This document shows positions 8,276-16,559 of a stretch of DNA of 64,000 nt, in pieces (positions within the stretch are counted from its first letter, which is position 1; every line of letters starts with the position of its first letter). The stretch lies in the IMG/VR virus record IMGVR_UViG_3300045988_124082; one strand, 5' to 3'. The translations under genes and the position numbers were made by a program. The notes under the pieces were generated by a model. That model did no database searches. It saw only the letters and a list, made by a program, of their open reading frames with translations, and had not been told where the DNA came from. Source of the stretch: a virus.

Positions 8276-8728
8276 ATGGAAATTATAATTATTGCAAGTG
8301 CACTTTTTGGGATTATGACCGGATGGGTGTTAGGATACTCAATTAAAGAAGCTGAGGTAAAAGATACAAAGAACTTAGTCGATAATCTGAACAAGTTAAC
8401 CAGCAAAATAACCGAAGTCGAAAAGGAACTGGCAGAAACCAAAAAGGAAAGAGATTACGAAAAAAGCATGAACATTCATTGGTTCAATGAATATGAAAGA
8501 ATACGAGAAAAACATTATAGAGAAATGTCAAAACTCCGCCAGCAAACGGACTTTTTCGCAGCTGATGGAATAGACAAGTTTGTGGAAATGCGAAAACTAA
8601 AAAGCAAATGTTCAGAAGCTGTCAAGTATGCTATGAAAATGTCTCATCCAGACAACAATGGAAACGCCGAAGACTTTATGAAGTTCAGAAAGCTTTATAA
8701 AGAAATAACAGAGCAGAAAGGAAATTAA
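8276..8728 (+). CDS. Membrane-anchored coiled-coil protein with a C-terminal J-domain-like HPD segment
   Basis: N-terminal TM helix MEIIIIASALFGIMTGWVLGY. C-terminus AVKYAMKMSHPDNNGNAEDFMKFRKLYKEI. Paralog of 36283..36645. Confidence 0.6.
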   Translation: MEIIIIASALFGIMTGWVLGYSIKEAEVKDTKNLVDNLNKLTSKITEVEKELAETKKERDYEKSMNIHWFNEYERIREKHYREMSKLRQQTDFFAADGIDKFVEMRKLKSKCSEAVKYAMKMSHPDNNGNAEDFMKFRKLYKEITEQKGN

Positions 8729-8729
8729 G

Positions 8730-9026
8730 ATGTGGGAAATTGGAGATAGAGTGGTTGTTACTAAAGCCCCAGGTAGAACAATTGTAGCTAAGCTAGGCTA
8801 CAAGGGAACAGTTATTGATGTAGTAGATACAAGCGTACTTGTTGAATTTGATAAATACATTGGTGGACATAGTGGAAGTTGGAGTTCTCGTAACGGAAAG
8901 TTCGGACATTGTTATTGGCTACATCAGCTTGACGATGCAGACACAATTGGGGCTTATGTAGACTTTGCTTTAAGAGAAGAAGACTGTGTGTGTAAGAAAC
9001 TTAAAAAGAAAAACAACTTCTACTAA
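8730..9026 (+). CDS. NNYY-tail small protein (family I, MWEIGDRV small beta-barrel-like); tail KKKNNFY
   Basis: ORF plus RBS. The GDRVVV...GTV...VEFD...GGH...GHCYW pattern is shared with 7 paralogs. Confidence 0.75.
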   Translation: MWEIGDRVVVTKAPGRTIVAKLGYKGTVIDVVDTSVLVEFDKYIGGHSGSWSSRNGKFGHCYWLHQLDDADTIGAYVDFALREEDCVCKKLKKKNNFY

Positions 9027-9044
9027 AAGAAAGGCAGGGCAAAC

Positions 9045-9344
9045 ATGAGAGAACTTAAACTTGAAGATTGTAAAGTTGGGATGACTCTTAAGCTAAAGGA
9101 AGATTGTCCTTTTAGAAAGTATTGGGAAATAGATCCTAAGGAACCGGTAAAGTGCATTGTCCTAGAGGTGACCGAGAGTCAAATAGATAGCATTTTTGTA
9201 GATATCTACTATAAAAATGGGCGAAAATGTGTCCCGAGGAATTGGTATTTCTATACAGAAGATTCAATAATAGAGGCTAACGGTTATGAACTAATCTCAA
9301 AGAACTTAGAGTATCCGAACAAGCGAAAGAACAATTATTACTAA
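9045..9344 (+). CDS. NNYY-tail small protein (family II, LEDCKVG); tail KRKNNYY
   Basis: ORF plus RBS; N-terminal xEDCxVG motif. Confidence 0.75.
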   Translation: MRELKLEDCKVGMTLKLKEDCPFRKYWEIDPKEPVKCIVLEVTESQIDSIFVDIYYKNGRKCVPRNWYFYTEDSIIEANGYELISKNLEYPNKRKNNYY

Positions 9345-9354
9345 GAGGTGTAAT

Positions 9355-9681
9355 ATGCAGAAAGAAAGAGAAATTCAATTTGAAGATTGTCATATTGGCG
9401 ATGTTTTTAAGTTAGATAGACGCTCGCCATGGGTTGTGGAATGGATAATGGAATCAAATGGATACATCCCTAGAGAAGAAATCACAGCAGAGATTGTACA
9501 TATGATAAATAATGGTGACGTCAAAGAAGTTGGAATAAATGTTTATATAGGTAAAGCTTCATATGATCATTATGATACTTCTTATCTCCGAGAGGGAAGT
9601 AGGTATAAGGAAGACAATCTTGAAATGAATCTTAAAATGAAAAATCGTATCAAAGCAGGAAGAAAGAACAATTATTATTAG
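9355..9681 (+). CDS. NNYY-tail small protein (family II); tail GRKNNYY
   Basis: REIQFEDCHIGDVFKL; RBS GAGGTG. Confidence 0.75.
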   Translation: MQKEREIQFEDCHIGDVFKLDRRSPWVVEWIMESNGYIPREEITAEIVHMINNGDVKEVGINVYIGKASYDHYDTSYLREGSRYKEDNLEMNLKMKNRIKAGRKNNYY

Positions 9682-9691
9682 GAGTGGTTAT

Positions 9692-10000
9692 ATGAAGACA
9701 AAAGAAAGGGAAATTCGATTCGAAGATTGCCATGTTGGAGATGTACTTAGGTTAAAAACAAGATGTCCTTTTGTGGAATTTTACCTTACATCTGAAGAAA
9801 TTCCTGTAGCAAAAGAAGATAAGGTCACCGCAACAGTAGTTCACAAAGAAAAAGATATTCTTGATGTAATAGTACATATAAATGGAAAAAGATGTGAACT
9901 ATATTGGGATTGTTGGCTTACAAGTTCTACGGCTTATCGTGAACATAGTTTTCACATTAATGTCGATTCAAAGATTAATCGAAAGAACAACTATTATTAG
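9692..10000 (+). CDS. NNYY-tail small protein (family II); tail NRKNNYY
   Basis: REIRFEDCHVGDVLRL; RBS AGGAGTGG. Confidence 0.75.
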   Translation: MKTKEREIRFEDCHVGDVLRLKTRCPFVEFYLTSEEIPVAKEDKVTATVVHKEKDILDVIVHINGKRCELYWDCWLTSSTAYREHSFHINVDSKINRKNNYY

Positions 10001-10025
10001 ATATAAGAGAAAGGAAAATAAGACT

Positions 10026-10319
10026 ATGGGATATTTTAAAGTAGGAGATAGAGTAGAAGTTATTAAAAGCCATACCGAGGATTCATGTATTGATCACTAT
10101 GCTCCTGTAGGGCTTAAAGGAACTGTAGTTTATACAGAACCGAGACGTTTGACAAGGCAAATAGCTGTTGAGTTTGATAAGTCTTTTAAAGAAGGACACG
10201 GTTGTGATGGAAAAGTAAGAGGTAAGCGAGGGCAGTGGTATGAATATGATCCACATTCCAATATATATTGGAAAAATTGCTTAAAAATCTTATCCAAAAA
10301 GAAAAACAACTATTACTAA
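10026..10319 (+). CDS. NNYY-tail small protein (family I); tail KKKNNYY
   Basis: Track ORF 9882..10319 trimmed to MGYFKVGDRVEV behind AGAGAAAGGAAAA. The longer form overlaps the previous gene. Confidence 0.7.
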   Translation: MGYFKVGDRVEVIKSHTEDSCIDHYAPVGLKGTVVYTEPRRLTRQIAVEFDKSFKEGHGCDGKVRGKRGQWYEYDPHSNIYWKNCLKILSKKKNNYY

Positions 10320-10365
10320 AGGTATTTCAAAATCAGTGGAGTGATTTTTGTTAATACATGAAGAA

Positions 10366-10391
10366 AGGCGGGATTTATTCCCGTCTTTTTT
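10366..10391 (+). terminator. Rho-independent terminator
   Basis: GGCGGGA-tttat-TCCCGTC (one G-U pair) followed by T6. Confidence 0.7.
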
Positions 10392-10412
10392 CAAAATAGA
10401 AAGGAAATTAAG

Positions 10413-10808
10413 ATGAGCAAATTTAGATATTTAAATGAAGAAGAAACAAAAGTGTTATTACAGGTAACAGAATGGTTAGATAATCATTTCTTTAGTCCAG
10501 AAAATAAATTCGATGAAGAATATTTTGAGAAATACATGAGAGCAATCATTGACAACACAAGAGAAATGTACGAAGCGGTATACATTTGTGTGAACACAAA
10601 ACCTGTAACTGTAATGATTTATGACTATGTGCTTGACATTATTATTACCGATGCACAAGTTGACAAAGAAGATAGAGAGATTGTAGAGATTGCCTTTACA
10701 ACTTGGTTAATAAACATGACAGATAAACCATTTGAAAAGATTTTTGAATGGATGATTGAAGAAAGTTACAGGGGAAGAAAAGGAAGAGAGGATGAAGATA
10801 ATGAATAG
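10413..10808 (+). CDS. Hypothetical protein (no NNYY tail)
   Basis: ORF plus RBS AGAAAGGAAATTAAG. Confidence 0.65.
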   Translation: MSKFRYLNEEETKVLLQVTEWLDNHFFSPENKFDEEYFEKYMRAIIDNTREMYEAVYICVNTKPVTVMIYDYVLDIIITDAQVDKEDREIVEIAFTTWLINMTDKPFEKIFEWMIEESYRGRKGREDEDNE

Positions 10809-10944
10809 ATTTGAAACAGTAATGAAGTTAATTTGTTGGATTGCAGCAGTGACATTGGCATGGATGCACGTTTCAATTGTTGCAGTGATTGCACTTGCAT
10901 TGGTTGGAACTTTTGGAAGCGAGGTTGATTTGAGTGCAAAGTAG
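10801..10944 (+). CDS. Small membrane protein (47 aa)
   Basis: MNRFETVMKLICWIAAVTLAWMHVSIVAVIALALVG. Internal ATG with GGAAGAGAGG upstream. Confidence 0.5.
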   Translation: MNRFETVMKLICWIAAVTLAWMHVSIVAVIALALVGTFGSEVDLSAK

Positions 10945-11266
10945 AGAAACGAGAAGAAAAGTACACTTTGGAGATTGTCATGTAGGCGATGTTTTTGGAA
11001 TAGATAAAGATAGTCCTTATGTACGTAGAAAAAACAGCTTATATGATCTTGAACCATCAGATGTATTAAAGGCAAAAGTTATATATGTAGACAAAGAAGA
11101 TTCCTCCATTCGCATAAAGGCTTATGTAAATAATGAAGAGACTCCAAGATTTTCAGGTTGGCTTTACTCTTTGGTAAACAATTCAGGAATATTACTACAT
11201 AGGTCAGATTTGTTTATTGAGGACAATCTCAGATTCTTGTCAAAGAGAAAGAATAACTACTGGTAA
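10934..11266 (+). CDS. NNYY-tail small protein (family II); tail KRKNNYW
   Basis: GTG start; KVHFGDCHVGDVFGI. Confidence 0.7.
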   Translation: MQSRETRRKVHFGDCHVGDVFGIDKDSPYVRRKNSLYDLEPSDVLKAKVIYVDKEDSSIRIKAYVNNEETPRFSGWLYSLVNNSGILLHRSDLFIEDNLRFLSKRKNNYW

Positions 11267-11280
11267 AGAGAGGTGTAAGG

Positions 11281-11598
11281 ATGGAAGAGAAAAGAAAAGT
11301 ATGCTTCGATGATTGCGAAGTTGGCATGTTTTTTAGGATCGATAAAGACTGTCCATGGATGTATGACAATGAGTGGATGGATGGTTTTGATACATTGACA
11401 AACGCAGATGAGTTAAAAGTTAAAATTATCGATAAAGATGCTGATGATAGCAGTGTTGAGATAGAACTTTGGGCAGATGGTCAAAAGACACATATAACAG
11501 ATTGGCTCTATCAGTTTGAAGACGATCCAGAAGACAGAATTGGAAATAACCTTGAGTTTATATTAAAGAGGAAAAATAGAAAAAATAACTATTGGTGA
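11281..11598 (+). CDS. NNYY-tail small protein (family II); tail NRKNNYW
   Basis: KVCFDDCEVGMFFRI; RBS AGAGAGGTG. Confidence 0.75.
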   Translation: MEEKRKVCFDDCEVGMFFRIDKDCPWMYDNEWMDGFDTLTNADELKVKIIDKDADDSSVEIELWADGQKTHITDWLYQFEDDPEDRIGNNLEFILKRKNRKNNYW

Positions 11599-11608
11599 GG
11601 TGGTGTAA

Positions 11609-11869
11609 ATGGATAATGAATTAAAAATTGGAATGAAGTTCTTAGAAGTAAAAACCGGAATTGTCTGGAAGCTTACAGATATGAATTTTATACAAGAAGG
11701 GTTTTATATAATAGACAAATCATTGTGTTTTCAAGCTGTACGTATAAATACAGACGAGGATGATGTATGGAGAAGTACATCGTCAATGATACCTAAGACA
11801 ATGCTCGAAAGAAGATTGAAAAAAGGCGAATGGAAACAAATAAACAATAGAAAAAACAATTACTATTGA
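11609..11869 (+). CDS. NNYY-tail small protein (family IV); tail NRKNNYY
   Basis: ORF plus RBS GAGGTGGTG. Confidence 0.75.
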   Translation: MDNELKIGMKFLEVKTGIVWKLTDMNFIQEGFYIIDKSLCFQAVRINTDEDDVWRSTSSMIPKTMLERRLKKGEWKQINNRKNNYY

Positions 11870-11891
11870 TTGATAGTAGAAAGGACATATT

Positions 11892-13025
11892 ATGGAGGAT
11901 TTAAGATTAGTAACAACAGAAGAATTTAATGGGGTTGATTGCAACTTTTACAAGGCAGATAGTAACATGTGGATGACAAGAGGACAGATTGGTAAAGCTT
12001 TAGGGTATCACAATCCAAGGATTGCAATCGGGAAAATACATACTGCACATAGAGATAGACTTGATCCACTTTCAGTTGATACCAATTTAGTGTCTACTGA
12101 TGGAAAAGAATATTCTACTTATATATATAATGAAAGAGGCATCTTTGAAATCTGTAGATGGTCAAGACAACCAAAAGCAAATGAATTTATGGATTGGGTA
12201 TGGGACATTATAGAAGCATATAGACGTGGAGAATTCCAGAGAAAGCCTAGGGAAACAGCCATTACACCTGTTGAGAAATTCTTAGATGGAATGCAGAATA
12301 TGTTCTTAGAAATGAGAGAAGAGAACAAAATATTCAAAGATACTGTGTTGAAGATTTTAGAATCTCAGCAAGGACAGGAAGTACAAAAACCTGTTGAAAA
12401 ACTTGAAGCTCAAGAGAAAACTGTTAATCAAGTAAAAACAAAACCAGCTGTTAAGTCAGTTGTTAAGATTGAAAACCCTAGATTAGACACTTGGAAGTTC
12501 GAAATTGGTGCTAAAGCAGCCTATATTGTTTTTAATGGAAATGAATATAAAACAAAAGGAAAAGTATTCTCAGCATGTTATTCAAAAATGAAGAATGTGT
12601 ATGGAATTTGTTGGTCACAGGAAAATAAAGAATACAGGAGAGCTTTCGGATTAGAATCTCAGAGAGGTAGATTAAGTACTTTAGATGTTGTATTCAATGA
12701 TGAAAATTTGAAAGACCTGTTTGACAGTATTCTTGATGGAATATATGAAAACACAAAAAGAAAAGCTATAAAGAGAAATACGGGAACCAATCCAGAAAAA
12801 GATTGGCAATATTATAAAGAAAAGATTCAAAAACTTTGTGAGCAAACAGGCAACAAAAGTTTAGGCGGAAGCTCTATTTACTCAGGAATCATTAGAAAGA
12901 TGGATGTAGATTGGAGCAAGTATGAAACAAACAAAAAGAAAACTGAATTAGTTAAAAAATATCCAGAGTTGTTTGCAGAGTTCTCTAAGACAGCGGATAA
13001 ATATTTAGAGGAGAAGTTAAAATGA
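11892..13025 (+). CDS. Bro-N domain protein (phage antirepressor-like) with a long C-terminal extension
   Basis: N-terminus FNGVDCNFYKADSNMWMTRGQIGKALGY...ERGIFEICRWSRQPKANEFMDWVWDII fits the Bro-N pattern. Confidence 0.7.
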   Translation: MEDLRLVTTEEFNGVDCNFYKADSNMWMTRGQIGKALGYHNPRIAIGKIHTAHRDRLDPLSVDTNLVSTDGKEYSTYIYNERGIFEICRWSRQPKANEFMDWVWDIIEAYRRGEFQRKPRETAITPVEKFLDGMQNMFLEMREENKIFKDTVLKILESQQGQEVQKPVEKLEAQEKTVNQVKTKPAVKSVVKIENPRLDTWKFEIGAKAAYIVFNGNEYKTKGKVFSACYSKMKNVYGICWSQENKEYRRAFGLESQRGRLSTLDVVFNDENLKDLFDSILDGIYENTKRKAIKRNTGTNPEKDWQYYKEKIQKLCEQTGNKSLGGSSIYSGIIRKMDVDWSKYETNKKKTELVKKYPELFAEFSKTADKYLEEKLK

Positions 13026-13141
13026 GTATTAAAATTTTAGGACTTCGTCAAGATTGCTACAAAGTAATCATTGATGGAGTCCTTTTTAAATTCCCAACAG
13101 AACAAGAGTTTTTGGAATTCTTAGAGGAGATTGAGATATGA
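13022..13141 (+). CDS. Unlisted 39-aa ORF MSIKILGLRQDCYKVIIDGVLFKFPTEQEFLEFLEEIEI
   Basis: Below the track size cutoff. ATGA overlaps at both ends (13022-13025 and 13138-13141), which indicates translational coupling. Confidence 0.5.
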   Translation: MSIKILGLRQDCYKVIIDGVLFKFPTEQEFLEFLEEIEI

Positions 13142-13416
13142 GTTTTAGATTTGAAGTAGGTCAAGAGCTGGAATTACACAATAACTTGACGGATATGAAA
13201 GTTTACATGAGATCGGGAACGGTTGTTCGTATCTTAAGTAGAAAAACAAGAATGGATCATACACAAGGGGTTGAGAGAAATCGTTACAAGATTGCATATG
13301 AATTTCATACAAGCTTTTTGGAGATTGGAGATGGTTGTTACCACTGTGGAAAAGACTTTATCTGGGAAGAAGATTTAATTAGAGCTGTCGGTCAACGGAA
13401 GAATAATTATTATTAA
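13138..13416 (+). CDS. NNYY-tail small protein (family IV-like); tail QRKNNYY
   Basis: ORF coupled to the upstream small ORF. Confidence 0.75.
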   Translation: MSFRFEVGQELELHNNLTDMKVYMRSGTVVRILSRKTRMDHTQGVERNRYKIAYEFHTSFLEIGDGCYHCGKDFIWEEDLIRAVGQRKNNYY

Positions 13417-13428
13417 GAGGTGATTAAA

Positions 13429-13698
13429 ATGTGGAAAGTCGGAGATAGAGTCGTAATTATTCAAGATGCTAGAAGAAATTTAGAATCCTTTGTAGGTTTC
13501 AAGGGAACGGTTAACTTTGCAAGTAGAGATGAGATAAGTGTAGTTTTTGACAAATATGTAAACGGTCATGACTTACTAGGGGATTGTAAAAAAGGTTATG
13601 GATGGTTTTTGTCCTCAGACGGAGAGAACGAAAACGAAGCCGAAGCAAATGGAATGAGAGTCAAGAAAATTAACAACAGAAAAAATAATTATTGGTAG
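13429..13698 (+). CDS. NNYY-tail small protein (family I); tail NRKNNYW
   Basis: MWKVGDRVVII...GTV...VVFDKYVNGHD; RBS AAGAGGTGA. Confidence 0.75.
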   Translation: MWKVGDRVVIIQDARRNLESFVGFKGTVNFASRDEISVVFDKYVNGHDLLGDCKKGYGWFLSSDGENENEAEANGMRVKKINNRKNNYW

Positions 13699-13707
13699 GT
13701 GATAGGA

Positions 13708-13980
13708 ATGTGGGAAAAAGGTACAAGAGTTAGAATTATAAAATCAAACAGACTTATGACGCAAGTTGGTATCATGGGCACTGTGGTTTACATACATAAG
13801 GATGGAAATGATCGTTTTATAGTAGAGTTTGACGAACCTATGGATGGGAATTATATGACTACTTTTTGTGATTGCAAACCGAAGTGTTGGTGGTGGTTTG
13901 ATAATGTTCCGGGGAGAGTTGTTGAAACAGATGGTATAACAATTGAAAAAATAGGAAAAAGAAAAAACAATTATTACTAA
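13708..13980 (+). CDS. NNYY-tail small protein (family I); tail KRKNNYY
   Basis: MWEKGTRVRII...GTVVY...VEFDEPMDG...CWWWF. Confidence 0.75.
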   Translation: MWEKGTRVRIIKSNRLMTQVGIMGTVVYIHKDGNDRFIVEFDEPMDGNYMTTFCDCKPKCWWWFDNVPGRVVETDGITIEKIGKRKNNYY

Positions 13981-13992
13981 GGCGGTGAGAAC

Positions 13993-14340
13993 ATGTGGGA
14001 AATTGGAGATAGAGTGGCTGTTACAGACTTAGGCAAAGTCTCTCAAGAGAATTATGGAATTGAAATAAAGATTGGATACAAGGGAACTATTATCAACTTT
14101 TTAAAGATTGATGTCCCATGGAATTCTGATGAGATAATTAAATTCTTAGTAGAGTTTGACGAACCCATGGATGGACATGATGGAAATGATTTCGGTAAAA
14201 TAAGTGGGAAATCGGGACACTGTTGGTGGATGCGTGGAAACCAAGATAGTAATTTAATCAAATGGCGAGATAGCCGGGATTGTGAAGCACCATTAATATG
14301 TAAGAAAATCATGAAGAAAAGGAAAAACAATTTTTACTAA
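13993..14340 (+). CDS. NNYY-tail small protein (family I); tail KRKNNFY
   Basis: MWEIGDRVAV...VEFDEPMDGHDG...GHCWWM. Confidence 0.75.
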   Translation: MWEIGDRVAVTDLGKVSQENYGIEIKIGYKGTIINFLKIDVPWNSDEIIKFLVEFDEPMDGHDGNDFGKISGKSGHCWWMRGNQDSNLIKWRDSRDCEAPLICKKIMKKRKNNFY

Positions 14341-14355
14341 AAGGAGAATAAAGAA

Positions 14356-14946
14356 ATGTTTAAAGTTGGAGATAGTATTAAGATAACAAAAACAAAGATG
14401 GTTAATGATGGAATATTGGTAATAAATGATCGTTATATTCGGTTATGGTCTGTTTATGGAAAAGTAAAAAATCAACAGGAAGACGAAAAAGGTACTAAAA
14501 GCTTTATTGTAACTTTTGATAGTTGGAAAGAATTATTGGATAATGGGGATGGGGTATATAAAGAAGCGACAAATGAATGTGGATTAAATATAGTTATGTC
14601 AGAGAAAGGTGAAATATTTGATTCGGATGGAAAAGTTGTTGTTTGGTGTGAAAAACACTTACCATGGAAAGAGATAGAGGAAGGGGAAACCTATAAAATA
14701 AAACCAAATTCACGCTTATGTAAAGAAGTATTAGAATGGGTTGAATATAAATCAAAAGCTGAATTAAAAATAGACCCGAATGAACTGACTGCTATGGTTA
14801 AACACACAAATATTGCCCAGGGGCTTCTCTTAGCAGTTGTTGTTCCTCTTGTCAATGGTAAGAGAGTTACTGAACGTGGTTGGGAATTGTTTGAAAACAA
14901 TTATTCAGATCAACTTAACATAGATGACAGCATTGAAGAGTTATAA
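14356..14946 (+). CDS. Family I N-terminal domain fused to an extra domain, without the NNYY tail
   Basis: MFKVGDSIKI...; ends DDSIEEL. Confidence 0.7.
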   Translation: MFKVGDSIKITKTKMVNDGILVINDRYIRLWSVYGKVKNQQEDEKGTKSFIVTFDSWKELLDNGDGVYKEATNECGLNIVMSEKGEIFDSDGKVVVWCEKHLPWKEIEEGETYKIKPNSRLCKEVLEWVEYKSKAELKIDPNELTAMVKHTNIAQGLLLAVVVPLVNGKRVTERGWELFENNYSDQLNIDDSIEEL

Positions 14947-14959
14947 ATGATTTTTATTA

Positions 14960-14986
14960 AAAGCACAGGTTTTACTTGTGCTTTTT
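14960..14986 (+). terminator. Rho-independent terminator
   Basis: AAGCACA-ggttttact-TGTGCTT followed by T5. Confidence 0.7.
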
Positions 14987-15147
14987 ACATTGTATAGGAT
15001 GACCAAACATTGGTTGTCTTATAGAGTGTAAAAGCTCTAAATTACATATCTAAAATACATAACACTGCAAATTAATGGCTAGGGCAGGATCGTGTGTAAG
15101 AGATACATAGCTACAATAATATTTTATAAAAGAAAAGGAGAAACAAA

Positions 15148-15513
15148 ATGAAAGTAGTAATCGCAGAAAACAGATTAGAGGTAGTAACAGGAATCAAAAA
15201 GGCAGACTTCGACAAACAGGTAACAGACATGACTGTTAAAGATGACAAAGGAAATGTGACATTTAAGTTAAAAGTTGGAGAACAGCCTAACATTTCAGTA
15301 CTTGGTTTAACTTGCAACACAACTGTTGACAAAGAGTTAGCGGTAACAATGATTCTTCCAATGGAAACAGATGTTGAAGAAATCAAAATCAAGTATGGTA
15401 AGGCTTTAGTAGCAGCTGAAAAGAATCTGAAAGTAATTGCTGACAGAATCGTAGCAGATACAGAAGCAGTTGATGGAATCTTTGCAGACACAGAAGAAGC
15501 AACAGAAGCCTAG
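15148..15513 (+). CDS. Small protein A1 (121 aa), paralog of 16018..16362
   Basis: Strong RBS AAAAGGAGAAAC. Conserved LGLTCN(T/S)T(V/I)DK motif. Confidence 0.75.
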   Translation: MKVVIAENRLEVVTGIKKADFDKQVTDMTVKDDKGNVTFKLKVGEQPNISVLGLTCNTTVDKELAVTMILPMETDVEEIKIKYGKALVAAEKNLKVIADRIVADTEAVDGIFADTEEATEA

Positions 15514-15569
15514 GAACAGCCTTGAGTAAAGGTAAAACAATATAATCTAATATTAATTCATTCACTTAT

Positions 15570-15597
15570 AGGACGTCTCCCAAGGGCGTCCTTTTTA
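15570..15597 (+). terminator. Rho-independent terminator
   Basis: AGGACG-tctcccaagg-CGTCCT followed by T5. Confidence 0.7.
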
Positions 15598-15641
15598 GTT
15601 ACACATTTACATATTCAGGAGATTAAAAGGAGAACAAAATT

Positions 15642-15881
15642 ATGATGATCAATGTAACATTAGCAACAACAGCAGGTAAAAGTCTTGTAACAGTAGAAGG
15701 AAACCAGACTCCATCACAAGTACTTGAAGAGAACAGCGTAGCAACAACAGGAGCTACTGTATCACTCAATATGAGACCACTTGCAGATAATGAAAAAGGT
15801 AAAACTTTTGAAGAATTAGGATGCACAGATGGTGATTCCGTAATGTTATCAGCAGTTGTAAAAGCAGACTCAGCAATGTAG
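15642..15881 (+). CDS. Small protein B1 (79 aa), ThiS/MoaD/ubiquitin-like beta-grasp candidate
   Basis: The pattern V-TL....VTVEG..TPSQVLEE......GATVSLN.....L..LGCTDGDSVMLSAVVKA resembles sulfur-carrier/Ubl proteins. There is no C-terminal GG (it ends KADSAM). Confidence 0.7.
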   Translation: MMINVTLATTAGKSLVTVEGNQTPSQVLEENSVATTGATVSLNMRPLADNEKGKTFEELGCTDGDSVMLSAVVKADSAM

Positions 15882-16017
15882 TAGTAAATCAAATTAGATA
15901 GTAAATATTGAAAATCATAACGCCATGGGAAGTAATAAATTAGATGGGACAGGATGATTTGAGATTTTACATATAAAGAAACTTAAAAAAATCAATGAAT
16001 TAAAAAGGAGAACAAAC

Positions 16018-16362
16018 ATGAAAGTATCATTAAAAGAAAACGCATTAGAAATCAACACAGAAATCAAAAAAGCTGACTTTGACAAGAAAGTAAGCAACAT
16101 GACAGTAACAAACAAAGATGGTGTACCAACATTTGTTTTACGCTGTGGAAGAGAGGGAGAAATTTCTCAGTTAGGACTTACATGTAACTCTACAATTGAC
16201 AAGAACTTAGCTGTAACAATTGTGTTGCCTCCAGAAACAAAAATGGAAGACATCAAAGTTGAATATGGTAAAGCCCTTGTAAATGCAGAAAAGGGATTAA
16301 AAGTCCTTGCTGGGAGAATTGAAGCCGATACGAAAGCTATTGATGCGATTTTTGCGGAATAG
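16018..16362 (+). CDS. Small protein A2 (114 aa), paralog of A1
   Basis: RBS AAAAGGAGAACAAAC; aligns along its whole length with A1. Confidence 0.75.
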   Translation: MKVSLKENALEINTEIKKADFDKKVSNMTVTNKDGVPTFVLRCGREGEISQLGLTCNSTIDKNLAVTIVLPPETKMEDIKVEYGKALVNAEKGLKVLAGRIEADTKAIDAIFAE

Positions 16363-16467
16363 AAAGTAAAATAATATCTAATGTAATTTCACAACAAACA
16401 GGGACAGTCAACCCAATAAGTCCTACGAGTAACTGTTAACCAAGCAAAATATTTTCTCTTTCGACTC

Positions 16468-16510
16468 AAAAGCTTTGCAGGTAGGGGTTGGACAGCAAAG
16501 CTTTTGTTTT
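16468..16510 (+). terminator. Rho-independent terminator
   Basis: AAAAGCTTTGC...GCAAAGCTTTT followed by a T run. Confidence 0.75.
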
Positions 16511-16559
16511 AGTAACTATAGAACACAAGTATTAAAAGGATATAAAGGAGAACAAAATT

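Noticed and set aside
9882-10025. Long N-terminal extensions offered by the track (9882, 1473..2687, 36724, 42081, 24978, 31127, 32355, 59372)
   Set aside because: Each extension overlaps the preceding gene, a terminator or a repeat, and lacks an RBS. An internal ATG or GTG with a well-spaced AGGAG-type RBS matches the paralog N-termini better.
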